The position numbers and the translations under genes were made by a program. From a virus: 64,000 nt of DNA. The stretch lies in the IMG/VR virus record IMGVR_UViG_3300030012_001430, positions 6,156 through 70,155 of that record; one strand, given 5' to 3'. Below are positions 9,036-16,604 of the stretch, one piece after another (position 1 is the first letter of the stretch; every line of letters begins with the position of its first letter). Below the pieces are notes generated by a model that had not been told where the DNA came from, searched no databases, and saw nothing but the letters and a program-made list of their open reading frames with translations.

Positions 9036-9184
9036 TCTTCTTCAATTCCGTGTAATGCTAACCACTCACTGTAAGTCGGTTCGCACTGACACAGACAAGG
9101 GACAGGTTCTTTCTCCCCATCTGCGGTTTGTAAAACTGCCGTTCCAGTTCCATCACAAACACTGCAATCTTCCTTTCCTCTCAT
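9032..9184 (-). CDS. DnaJ-type zinc-finger microprotein (50 aa, not in ORF track)
   Basis: MRGKEDCSVCDGTG...VPCLCQC; GGTG immediately upstream of the start. Confidence 0.65.
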   Translation of the reverse strand: MRGKEDCSVCDGTGTAVLQTADGEKEPVPCLCQCEPTYSEWLALHGIEEE

Positions 9185-9198
9185 CACCTTAATTATTC

Positions 9199-9777
9199 TC
9201 ATATTAATCCCAACCTCGTTAGCAAGGCATTTGCCTCTTGTTCATGTTCAAAGGACTTGTTTAGGTAGTGGTCTCTCGGCCACCACTCCGGTTCTTCTCT
9301 CTTAGTCCAAGCAGCGAATCGCCACTTGTCATCGAGATAGTATTGACGATACTTCTCGATTGTCGTCATCTCATCAAATCCATCTGCTTTCCTACACTCC
9401 ATGTGAGGAGAGATAGCAATAGCGAATGGCGTAAGTCCAACATCAGGAAGAAGACTCTCTGCTTCATCCATCTGTTCTGAATACCTGTTCATCTGAACTT
9501 CGACTTGATGAATGCGACCATACCTGTGAGTATACTCCCTGCATAGTGCATAGGTATGCTCACGCAACCACTGGAAGTTCTGTCTTGTCTCTCTCGCCCA
9601 AATAGTAGATGGGTGATTCAACATCACAGGCTTCCAACCTGCTTCCAAACCAAGATGGTCTAGAATAGTAAACAGCATCTGCAAACTCTCAGTTGGCATC
9701 TTGACTACATGCTTGTCCAGCATCATCTTTGCACTCGTTGTTGGGCTTTCGTCTAAAGTAAATATATTCATTTTCAT
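9199..9777 (-). CDS. pyrimidine-dimer DNA glycosylase/T4 endonuclease V-like family protein
   Basis: MNIFTLD...DKHVVKMPTESLQML...NHPSTIW...NFQWL...EYTHRYGRIH signature. Confidence 0.8.
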   Translation of the reverse strand: MKMNIFTLDESPTTSAKMMLDKHVVKMPTESLQMLFTILDHLGLEAGWKPVMLNHPSTIWARETRQNFQWLREHTYALCREYTHRYGRIHQVEVQMNRYSEQMDEAESLLPDVGLTPFAIAISPHMECRKADGFDEMTTIEKYRQYYLDDKWRFAAWTKREEPEWWPRDHYLNKSFEHEQEANALLTRLGLI

Positions 9778-9790
9778 TTCCTCCTATTGT

Positions 9791-10209
9791 TAATCGAATG
9801 TGAAACAGAGAAAGACAGAGACCGCCACAGCCTCTACTACAATGCCAAGCACGTTTGTCTTTTTTATCTCGTAGTAAAACTCTGCTCACAGTTGCAGTAT
9901 ATCAGAAATACCAATTACGCACACGGCTGCAATGGAACGGGAAGATAAAGCCGATTTGCCGTGTTCTCCCGTCTGATATTGTGAGTGTGATATCGGATAA
10001 ATGCATGGAGGAGATGATTCCATCACTGCTTTAGATTTGCATTTTTTACCGCAGTAAACCGATGTTTGATTGTGAGAGGGGGGAAGAAGGTCTGTTCTGT
10101 GCCATTACCTACGGGTAGGGAACTGCATTGTGGTAGAACACATTGCCAATGTTGTTTATGTAACCGAATTAACCTGCTGTTATTTTTATACCGGACAGCC
10201 ATTCGATTG
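9791..10209 (-). ncRNA. candidate large structured RNA (about 420 nt)
   Basis: closing pair AATCGAATG 9792-9800 / CATTCGATT 10200-10208; many internal stems and crossing pairings; no credible ORF. Confidence 0.5.
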
Positions 10210-10377
10210 TTCCACGGTTTGGAATTTAACACACCGCTTCTCAATGAGTGCAGTGAACCAAACCTTATCGAACGAACTCGTTTTTCACGCCTACTAATAT
10301 TGTCGCTAGACTCCATGTTCGGTGCTTCTATTACAACCCTGTCATCTTTCCTTCTAATTATTTGGAAACCCCCAAGT

Positions 10378-10434
10378 CTCCACGTTCACCGAGCAACCGC
10401 TAAGATGCTCTTGGTTCTACGAACGTTTGTGGAG
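10378..10434 (-). other. long bulged hairpin just downstream of the 10440..10763 gene
   Basis: CTCCAC..GTTC..ACC GAGCA / TGCTC..GGT..GAAC..GTGGAG. Confidence 0.5.
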
Positions 10435-10439
10435 TGTGA

Positions 10440-10763
10440 TTACTCATCTCTTCTAGAGACAAGTAGTAGAGTCAGATATCCAATCAAGTCCTTGATGATA
10501 TCGTCATCTGATTCTAGTGAGTCATTACCGAGAACAAGCCTGTTCAACTTGTCATCGATTCTGACTTTGATTTGTTCTTCTTGGTCTGCATGAGAAAAGA
10601 ACCTAGTAGGATTCAACACTGAATCCCCATACTGCCTGTTCTTCTGAAGAAGCATAGTCTTCATCTCATCGCATAACTCAGCAATCCTTCGCTGAGAATC
10701 CGTCATCGCATCTTCTGTTTTGCTTGGTGTCTTCGCACCCCAATTGTTCTTTTCTTCTGTCAT
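10440..10763 (-). CDS. DUF1599/nucleotide-modification-associated domain 1-like protein
   Basis: LLQKNRQYGDS...RIDDKLNR...DLIGYLTLL signature. Confidence 0.75.
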   Translation of the reverse strand: MTEEKNNWGAKTPSKTEDAMTDSQRRIAELCDEMKTMLLQKNRQYGDSVLNPTRFFSHADQEEQIKVRIDDKLNRLVLGNDSLESDDDIIKDLIGYLTLLLVSRRDE

Positions 10764-10784
10764 GTTATTTCCAACCTGTTTGTC

Positions 10785-11160
10785 TTTTTATCATTTATTA
10801 TCATAAATTATCAGTAGATGATAAAATACAACTTTAGAGCAGTGTTGCACTTTTCGCCCATTTTATCATTTTATCAATTTTATCACGTTCTCCATAGGAG
10901 AGAGAGAGTAGTATATGTGACATATAGTAGTAGTATAGATGATGATAATAATGATAAAATGATAATATTCAATAAAATCAACTATTCTAGCAAGATTTCG
11001 CACATTTCTATTTTCTCACTTGATGATAAAATATGAGAATATATGAGAATATCAGAAATCCTGTAATTACACTACGATATGTGATATGAAAATATGTCAT
11101 TAGATATCCATATGATATATATGATATAATATACATATAGGGAATGTGATTTACATCCTT
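10785..11160. repeat. AT-rich iterated region at the strand switch; candidate replication origin
   Basis: many TTTTATCA/TGATAAAA copies in both orientations; tandem ATATGAGAAT; ATATG-rich run. Confidence 0.55.
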
Positions 11161-11280
11161 TCTCTGAACAGTAGTTTTTGGTAAGTATAAATAAAGACAA
11201 CTAGCGAATGTCTACTAAATGCGGTTATAGAAACTACTGCACAAATAAGAGTCAGCCAATGGAAACCCACAACTGAATCT

Positions 11281-11320
11281 GAGCAACCCTATTCCAATTC
11301 ATCGCCTTATAAAAGAAGTA
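11281..11320 (-). promoter_or_regulatory. leftward copy of the repeated promoter
   Basis: minus strand TTTTATAAGGCGATG-N8-TAGGGT. Confidence 0.65.
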
Positions 11321-11378
11321 CCACCCCACTAGCCTACCTAAATGCACTGCTGTTGTGCGTAAACTCAGAATATTATGC

Positions 11379-11444
11379 AACCATATGGTTAGACAACTTT
11401 GCTCGCTCTAACCTCATAAGGCGATGCAAATCCATAAGGTCATG
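11379..11444 (+). promoter_or_regulatory. repeated promoter cassette, copy 1
   Basis: AACCATATGGTT, stem GGTTAGA/TCTAACC, CTCATAAGGCGATG-N8-TAAGGT-CATG. Confidence 0.75.
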
Positions 11445-11567
11445 AAGATAGTAAGTTGGTCTATTGAAGCAATGTTAGAGAATGGTGAGACAATACAATT
11501 AGCAGACATGCCTGATGATGTCGCTAGTGTAGTTGATGAATGGTTATCAGAATTGGAGAGTGATTAA
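11442..11567 (+). CDS. acidic microprotein (41 aa, likely leaderless)
   Basis: MKIVSWSIEAMLENGETIQLADMPDDVASVVDEWLSELESD directly after promoter copy 1. Confidence 0.7.
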   Translation: MKIVSWSIEAMLENGETIQLADMPDDVASVVDEWLSELESD

Positions 11568-11690
11568 ATGTATTACGATATGGAATGTGAAGGATGTAAG
11601 AAAGAAGTGACAATCACAGGAGCATACTTGGGTCTGATTGAGGATGCATGGTGTGAAGACTGTGGATGGGAAGGTGAAAACCTTGGTTAA
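11568..11690 (+). CDS. zinc-finger microprotein (40 aa)
   Basis: MYYDMECEGC...WCEDCGW; abuts the previous stop. Confidence 0.65.
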   Translation: MYYDMECEGCKKEVTITGAYLGLIEDAWCEDCGWEGENLG

Positions 11691-11946
11691 GATAAAAGAC
11701 ATAGACGAGATAGAAGTATCATACAACTGTTGGATGACGTTCTCAATAGATGGGTTGGAGAATGCAGAGTTATTCAGGTCAGGACAGGTAGTAAGATTTT
11801 GGATTAAGTATTGCACACTACACATGGAGTTGAAGGACGGCACTATTGTAGAGGAACACTGCTATGATGAGATGCAGGAAGATACTAAGTGGCCTACGCA
11901 GACTATGGTTTGTGTAGATGGTGAATGGAGTGAATATAATGAGTGA
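11674..11946 (+). CDS. hypothetical acidic protein
   Basis: GTG/TTG start near 11674-11683 within ORF 11638..11946. Confidence 0.6.
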   Translation: MKTLVKIKDIDEIEVSYNCWMTFSIDGLENAELFRSGQVVRFWIKYCTLHMELKDGTIVEEHCYDEMQEDTKWPTQTMVCVDGEWSEYNE

Positions 11947-12241
11947 TGATTTTGACTACAAGGCAGAGAAAGACGCTGAGATGTTAGCAGACTACTATTC
12001 CGACTTAGCAACGGAACAGATTCAGGAGAACTGTCATCATGAAGACATTCACATTGATGATGTTAGAGTCAGAGTCAAACTACCAATAGGCGTGTTCACT
12101 TCAGGCCAAGTGGTTGAGGAGCATAATTTCGATGTCGAAGGATACTTCGTCTGCTACCAGTGCAATAAGTCAAGATGGGTATCCATTGATATTGACGAAT
12201 ACATCATGAACATAGATGACCCTCATGTTCTCGATGATTAA
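11939..12241 (+). CDS. acidic Zn-binding hypothetical protein
   Basis: MSDDFDY...; CHH and CYQC motifs. Confidence 0.65.
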   Translation: MSDDFDYKAEKDAEMLADYYSDLATEQIQENCHHEDIHIDDVRVRVKLPIGVFTSGQVVEEHNFDVEGYFVCYQCNKSRWVSIDIDEYIMNIDDPHVLDD

Positions 12242-12278
12242 ACTAACAGCCATCCTTCGGGGTGTGCCGTTTCACTTT

Positions 12279-12354
12279 ACAAAGTTCCCCACCATATGGT
12301 AGGCATACTTTCGTGAGCATACCTCATAAGGTGATGTGAAACCATAAGGTCATG
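12279..12354 (+). promoter_or_regulatory. repeated promoter cassette, copy 2
   Basis: ACAAAGT..ACCATATGGT..ACTTTCGT..ACCTCATAAGGTGATG-N8-TAAGGT-CATG. Confidence 0.75.
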
Positions 12355-12645
12355 AAGCAGAACGTAAGCGAATATGACTTTATTGATGGATTTATGAAAA
12401 TACGACCCGACAACTTCAGCAGGAACGGCCTACAATGCCTTTATGATTATCTTATTGAGTTAGAGGATGACATAGGCCAAGAACTAGAGTTTGACGTTAT
12501 CGCTATATGTTGCGACTTCTCAGAATACAAAGACCTTAAGGAGATAAACGAGGCATACGGGAGGGACTTTGAAGACATTGAAGAACTCAGAGACTACACC
12601 CAAGTTATTGAATGCAACAACTCGTTGATTATTCAAGACTATTAA
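12352..12645 (+). CDS. small acidic phage-type protein (likely leaderless)
   Basis: RPDNFS..GL..LYDYL..LE...ELEFDVIAICCDFSEY; starts at the cassette ATG. Confidence 0.75.
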   Translation: MKQNVSEYDFIDGFMKIRPDNFSRNGLQCLYDYLIELEDDIGQELEFDVIAICCDFSEYKDLKEINEAYGRDFEDIEELRDYTQVIECNNSLIIQDY

Positions 12646-12731
12646 ACTCAACAGGCTCAATTCTTGAGTATAATGGGCAGGTTAAGAACGGCAGATTTGA
12701 AAGAAGCCTCTCATTATTGAGTCATTTGAAT

Positions 12732-12761
12732 GAGGGGGCAGTCCTTCGGGGCTGTCCTCTC
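12732..12761 (+). terminator. stable cUUCGg hairpin between early transcription units
   Basis: GAGGGGGCAGTCC-TTCG-GGGCTGTCCTCTC, 13 bp stem including G-U pairs; a smaller CUUCGG hairpin at about 12251-12264. Confidence 0.55.
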
Positions 12762-12781
12762 TACCCCTTGAGGTGTCTTCG

Positions 12782-12856
12782 ACAAAGTTCACACCATATG
12801 GTAGTCAAACTTTCGTCAAAGACTACCTCATAAGGCGATGCACTAGTGTAGGGTTG
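12782..12856 (+). promoter_or_regulatory. repeated promoter cassette, copy 3
   Basis: ACAAAGT..ACCATATGGT, stem GGTAGTC/GACTACC, CTCATAAGGCGATG-N8-TAGGGT. Confidence 0.75.
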
Positions 12857-12898
12857 TAGTCGTAGAGGTGCGACACACTATAATGGAGATGAAAAAAT

Positions 12899-13372
12899 AT
12901 GGCAATGGAAAATTGGAATGAATTTAGCGAGAAAGTAATCAACTATGTTGATTCAGAGACTGCCCAATGCGACCCGTTCACTGCTGACATGGCAAGGAAC
13001 TTTATCGTAAAGGGAACTAACGACCCACGAAGTCAAGTTAGGTATTCAAAGACTATCAAGGATATCTTCTCTGATTTCGAGGACAGCCCACTAAGAGGAC
13101 GCTCAGGCGGAAGCAGAGCATCCGGCGTTCAGAGGCTATCCGCAGAACTGCAAGCAGTTTGGGCTGATTTAATATCAGTATCAACGGACGATGGCATCAC
13201 CACTATCACAATGGCGGAAGATGCTTATCAGTATCATACAACCTTCGCAGGAAGGAAAGACGAAGACGGCAACCCTATGACATCATGGGGAAGCAACGAA
13301 AACATGCTCAATGCAACACTATTGGGCAAACTTGAGAGCGGATTCGTATCCGCCCACAAGGAGGACAACTGA
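12899..13372 (+). CDS. hypothetical early protein
   Basis: 157 aa ORF with upstream GGAG. Confidence 0.75.
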   Translation: MAMENWNEFSEKVINYVDSETAQCDPFTADMARNFIVKGTNDPRSQVRYSKTIKDIFSDFEDSPLRGRSGGSRASGVQRLSAELQAVWADLISVSTDDGITTITMAEDAYQYHTTFAGRKDEDGNPMTSWGSNENMLNATLLGKLESGFVSAHKEDN

Positions 13373-13440
13373 TTAGGTAGTCCTTGCACCTCTACGCCTA
13401 CCCTTAGACCGATTCCATCGGTCTTTGAGGTAGTCCGAGG

Positions 13441-13530
13441 ACAAAGTATGACTACCATATGGTAAGGTAAACTTTCGTGAAGTCGCAGACGGCCTTACCT
13501 CATAAGGCGATGACGATTGGTAGGGTCATG
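13441..13530 (+). promoter_or_regulatory. repeated promoter cassette, copy 4
   Basis: ACAAAGT..TACCATATGGTA, stem GGTAAGG/CCTTACC, CTCATAAGGCGATG-N8-TAGGGT-CATG. Confidence 0.75.
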
Positions 13531-13704
13531 GAAGCACAACAACTGCCAATACTAACGCCAGCCTACGAAATAGAACTTGGTCATGCCAAATCAGGCTCTG
13601 ACCATGTTCTCATCATCAAGAGCATCAAAGTTCGTGGTGATGACCTATCTCTAGCGATAGCAGAACTCAAAGCAGGACTTGCTACTGTTCAGGAGTTGAT
13701 TTGA
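13528..13704 (+). CDS. small hypothetical protein (likely leaderless)
   Basis: MEAQQLP... begins at the cassette ATG. Confidence 0.65.
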   Translation: MEAQQLPILTPAYEIELGHAKSGSDHVLIIKSIKVRGDDLSLAIAELKAGLATVQELI

Positions 13705-14442
13705 ATGCAGTTGCACAAGAGAACAGTAGAGATATCATACCCGTTCGGGTTTGGTAGCATGGAGAAGGACTTGCTCAACCTTGAGTTATTCCGACACAAC
13801 ATAGTCAACGTGGATAAGTGGGATAGTGAATTACCATCCTTTGAGCCTCAGACTGTTGAAAGCACTGTTGATAAGTATACTGTCGTGATGTCTAACGCTG
13901 AGTTAGTATTCAACTATCGAAGCGATGCCCAATCAGTCATAAACCAACTAATAGCACAAGGGCTTGAAGTAAACGATGAGCCTACTCACACACAGGAGAC
14001 CACTTCTAAGGTTGTTAACCCACAGTGGCGTGGTGAGACAATCCTTTTCTTGGATGTCCCGCATCACTTTGGTTCTTACAGTGAGAAGTTTCACATCGTA
14101 TCAGAAAACGAAGTCGGTGAAGCAGTTGTCAAACTGTATGTGTCTTACAAGGCATACTCGTATACCAGCACATTGACATTCACTGCTGAATGGGCTACTG
14201 ACAGAGTTCAGAAGTCTGATGTCATCGAGAAACACTTGGTTGATTTACCTACACCGATGATGGGTAAGATACAGTCAATCTTTGAGAGCATCTTCTACTC
14301 AGAGTCATTTGATAAACCAACAGAAGAACCAATTATCTCTTGTAAGTTCGATGTAGTGTCAAAGCACTCATCTGAATGCAAGCCCTCAGTCATTGAGATG
14401 CTGAGAGAAGCAAGAGACAAAGCCTCTTCGGAAGAAGAGTGA
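13705..14442 (+). CDS. hypothetical early protein
   Basis: 245 aa ORF abutting the previous stop. Confidence 0.75.
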   Translation: MQLHKRTVEISYPFGFGSMEKDLLNLELFRHNIVNVDKWDSELPSFEPQTVESTVDKYTVVMSNAELVFNYRSDAQSVINQLIAQGLEVNDEPTHTQETTSKVVNPQWRGETILFLDVPHHFGSYSEKFHIVSENEVGEAVVKLYVSYKAYSYTSTLTFTAEWATDRVQKSDVIEKHLVDLPTPMMGKIQSIFESIFYSESFDKPTEEPIISCKFDVVSKHSSECKPSVIEMLREARDKASSEEE

Positions 14443-14444
14443 AC

Positions 14445-14780
14445 GTAAACTAGGCGAGGCTACACATGTGGGGTAGTCCAAACCATTATCCAAGCACCTG
14501 AAATATTGGAATGCGAGCCGTTGGAAAGCCTAGACCTACCACTCCACCCTTAAGGGGAAAGCAAGGTTTCACCAGCGAAGGTGATTCATGAGAATAGTTC
14601 GCAGTCTCAGCCTTGCTTGAACAATGGGGATGATGGACAAACAGTAAGTTCGACATGAGATTATGTGTAGCAGTGCAATTAGTCTTAGATGAAGCCGGAC
14701 TAGTCTAAGCAATGAGGCGGATATGAATCCTTAACCATGCAACTACTGTCCCTGTCCTGACTCCTCAGTTAATGAGGTAA
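14445..14780 (+). ncRNA. candidate multi-stem structured RNA
   Basis: ORF-free; stems CTAGGC/GCCTAG, AAGCAAGG/CCTTGCTT, CTTAGA/TCTAAG, CCTCA/TGAGG. Confidence 0.4.
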
Positions 14781-14794
14781 CAACGCTACGCTCT

Positions 14795-14890
14795 ACAAAG
14801 TCCGTGTTACCATATGGTAGCAGATTACAAGTATTCTGAAACTGAGGGTATTTAAAGTTCCGAATGTTTAACATTTCTACACCCTCAGTA
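14795..14890. promoter_or_regulatory. partial fifth cassette copy followed by a different inverted repeat
   Basis: ACAAAGT..TACCATATGGTA at 14808-14819; ACTGAGGGT 14841-14849 / ACCCTCAGT 14881-14889. Confidence 0.55.
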
Positions 14891-14983
14891 ATAATGTCCA
14901 ACCATATGCCAAAATTTTTTCCTGTTGTTTTTTAATCTCTAAAGTTAAGATTCATTTACTGAGGGGTTATCGGATTGTCTACT

Positions 14984-15205
14984 ATGGTCAATGATGAACA
15001 CCTAAAAGAAATGTTGGAAAAAGCGGGTAAGTTACAAAGAGAGATTGTAAAAGAGATAGATAACTTACAAAACTCAGGTACACTGCCAAAGGATTTACAC
15101 ATTAAAATGAACTCTATAAAATCGGGCGTTACAGAGTTAATCAAGGAGATTAACAAGAAGATATACAGACAAACAACGCTCTCTGACTATACAACTGATG
15201 AATGA
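14984..15205 (+). CDS. small coiled-coil protein with PIP-box-like tail
   Basis: helical body; C-terminal QTTLSDY. Confidence 0.6.
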   Translation: MVNDEHLKEMLEKAGKLQREIVKEIDNLQNSGTLPKDLHIKMNSIKSGVTELIKEINKKIYRQTTLSDYTTDE

Positions 15206-15306
15206 TAAAGTCTTATCTTGGGAATGGAAAGGAAAGGAGGAAAAAAGTTTTGCTAGTGCCAAAAAAATTCCAGCCCATTTTTTGAAAAAAGAAGGGGATA
15301 AACATA

Positions 15307-15780
15307 TTGCTACCTGTTAAAACCAACGATAAGGGTGAATGGTTCTCAGGTTTCATGAGGGAGAGTGAGATTCAGGCTCGTTGGGGAGATGGTTTCCTGA
15401 CTGCTTTGGAGAAGGGATATCCTGAGCATGTCTGTGAGCGATTGTTCGTTATTGGAAAGTTCGTGGAAGACGAAGTAGTGGCTCACACATCGTTTGCTGA
15501 TATGGGAACTTGGTATTTCATAGGCAACAACTACGTCAAACCGAAACACAGGAAGAGTGGGATTCTGAAGGAAATGGTTCAGCGTAGGAACAGCAGGTTG
15601 GCTCACTACCCTAAAATCGCAATACTAAGACCGATAGAAGAGACCAATTTGGTCCGGCTTACAGAGTTCATACAGACACTTGGTTATTCAGAAGTATTAT
15701 CGTATGCCGATGTGTCGGATGTCATGCTAGAGTCCGAGTATGAGTTAATCTCAGACGAGGAACTATGGAGATGCGACTGA
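15307..15780 (+). CDS. GNAT-like acetyltransferase
   Basis: NNYVKPKHRKSGIL resembles GNAT motif A. Confidence 0.6.
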   Translation: MLPVKTNDKGEWFSGFMRESEIQARWGDGFLTALEKGYPEHVCERLFVIGKFVEDEVVAHTSFADMGTWYFIGNNYVKPKHRKSGILKEMVQRRNSRLAHYPKIAILRPIEETNLVRLTEFIQTLGYSEVLSYADVSDVMLESEYELISDEELWRCD

Positions 15781-15841
15781 TGAACTACACTACTCGTATT
15801 GATTTCGAGTTGCTATACAATCAAGGAGAGGTGTATCGAAA

Positions 15842-16351
15842 ATGAGTTGGCAAGATATTCTGAAAGAGATGGATGCTGAAGAGGAACTTGAGAGAGATGC
15901 TCTAAGAAGAGATATTGAAGCGGAGCGATATTCAGAGTCTTATGAGAAACCTAGTTTCAAGAAGGTTGAAGAAAAGTTGAGGGAGTTAAGAGACATAACT
16001 ATTCCGCAGGATAGGCGAATGTTGGAATTTGTAACTCGTCAAGGATTCAAACATCCAACACTTACTATTGGAAAACTAAACTCTCTTCTAAGGAAGATTT
16101 ATCAGGCCGAGAGAGAACTTGAAAAGGTAAAGAAAGAGGCTAAGAAGTATGCTGATGAGAATCCAAACTACGGCCCTGATGACGTATTATTGAATGAGGT
16201 ATTTGAAGACTCAGATTCGGAATACGCTACTGATAGGGGCTTTCAGATGTTAATGAGCAATCAGATTGATGGTGAAAATCTTGGTTTTGGAATAAACATA
16301 GCAAGCAGTGTTAGAGAGTATCAACAGTTATTTTCGAGGCGCAAACTATGA
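15842..16351 (+). CDS. hypothetical protein with MSWQDILK N-terminus
   Basis: GAGGTG upstream; shared tag. Confidence 0.75.
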   Translation: MSWQDILKEMDAEEELERDALRRDIEAERYSESYEKPSFKKVEEKLRELRDITIPQDRRMLEFVTRQGFKHPTLTIGKLNSLLRKIYQAERELEKVKKEAKKYADENPNYGPDDVLLNEVFEDSDSEYATDRGFQMLMSNQIDGENLGFGINIASSVREYQQLFSRRKL

Positions 16352-16578
16352 GTTGGTTCGATGTTCTGAAACTCGACCCTTTGGAATACAACATGCGAAT
16401 GCGAGAGAGGATGGCAAGCAAAACTCCTGAAGTTCCTAAGACAGAGGCAGAAGCGGAGAAGGTGTGTGCCAAGTGTGGTTCTTCTAATTTCATGAGAGGG
16501 GATTCAGACCCTGAAGGAAGGGAGATTTGTGCTTTGTGCAAAAAGCGATTTTATTCTGATGCAGCAGCGACATCATAA
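16348..16578 (+). CDS. zinc-ribbon protein with MSWFDVLK N-terminus
   Basis: CAKC...CALC. Confidence 0.75.
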   Translation: MSWFDVLKLDPLEYNMRMRERMASKTPEVPKTEAEAEKVCAKCGSSNFMRGDSDPEGREICALCKKRFYSDAAATS

Positions 16579-16604
16579 TTAACTTGGGTGGTATGGGATT
16601 AACG

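Noticed and set aside
10023-10593. ORFs 10066..10593 (+) and 10023..10316 (-)
   Set aside because: Atypical composition, no clear ribosome-binding site; the plus ORF is antisense to a real gene; region better explained by RNA structure
12793-12840. Hammerhead ribozyme on the minus strand of the cassette (CTTATGAG...CGAAA)
   Set aside because: Core has CUUAUGA rather than CUGANGA, stems I-III cannot be built consistently, and copy 1 lacks GAAA
11379-13530. Repeated cassette as a CRISPR mini-array
   Set aside because: Copies are 500-900 bp apart, separated by genes, and internally variable; no cas genes seen
9790-14800. tRNA genes in the non-coding gaps
   Set aside because: No cloverleaf with a T-loop GTTCRA and matching acceptor stem found by eye; tRNAscan-SE would be decisive
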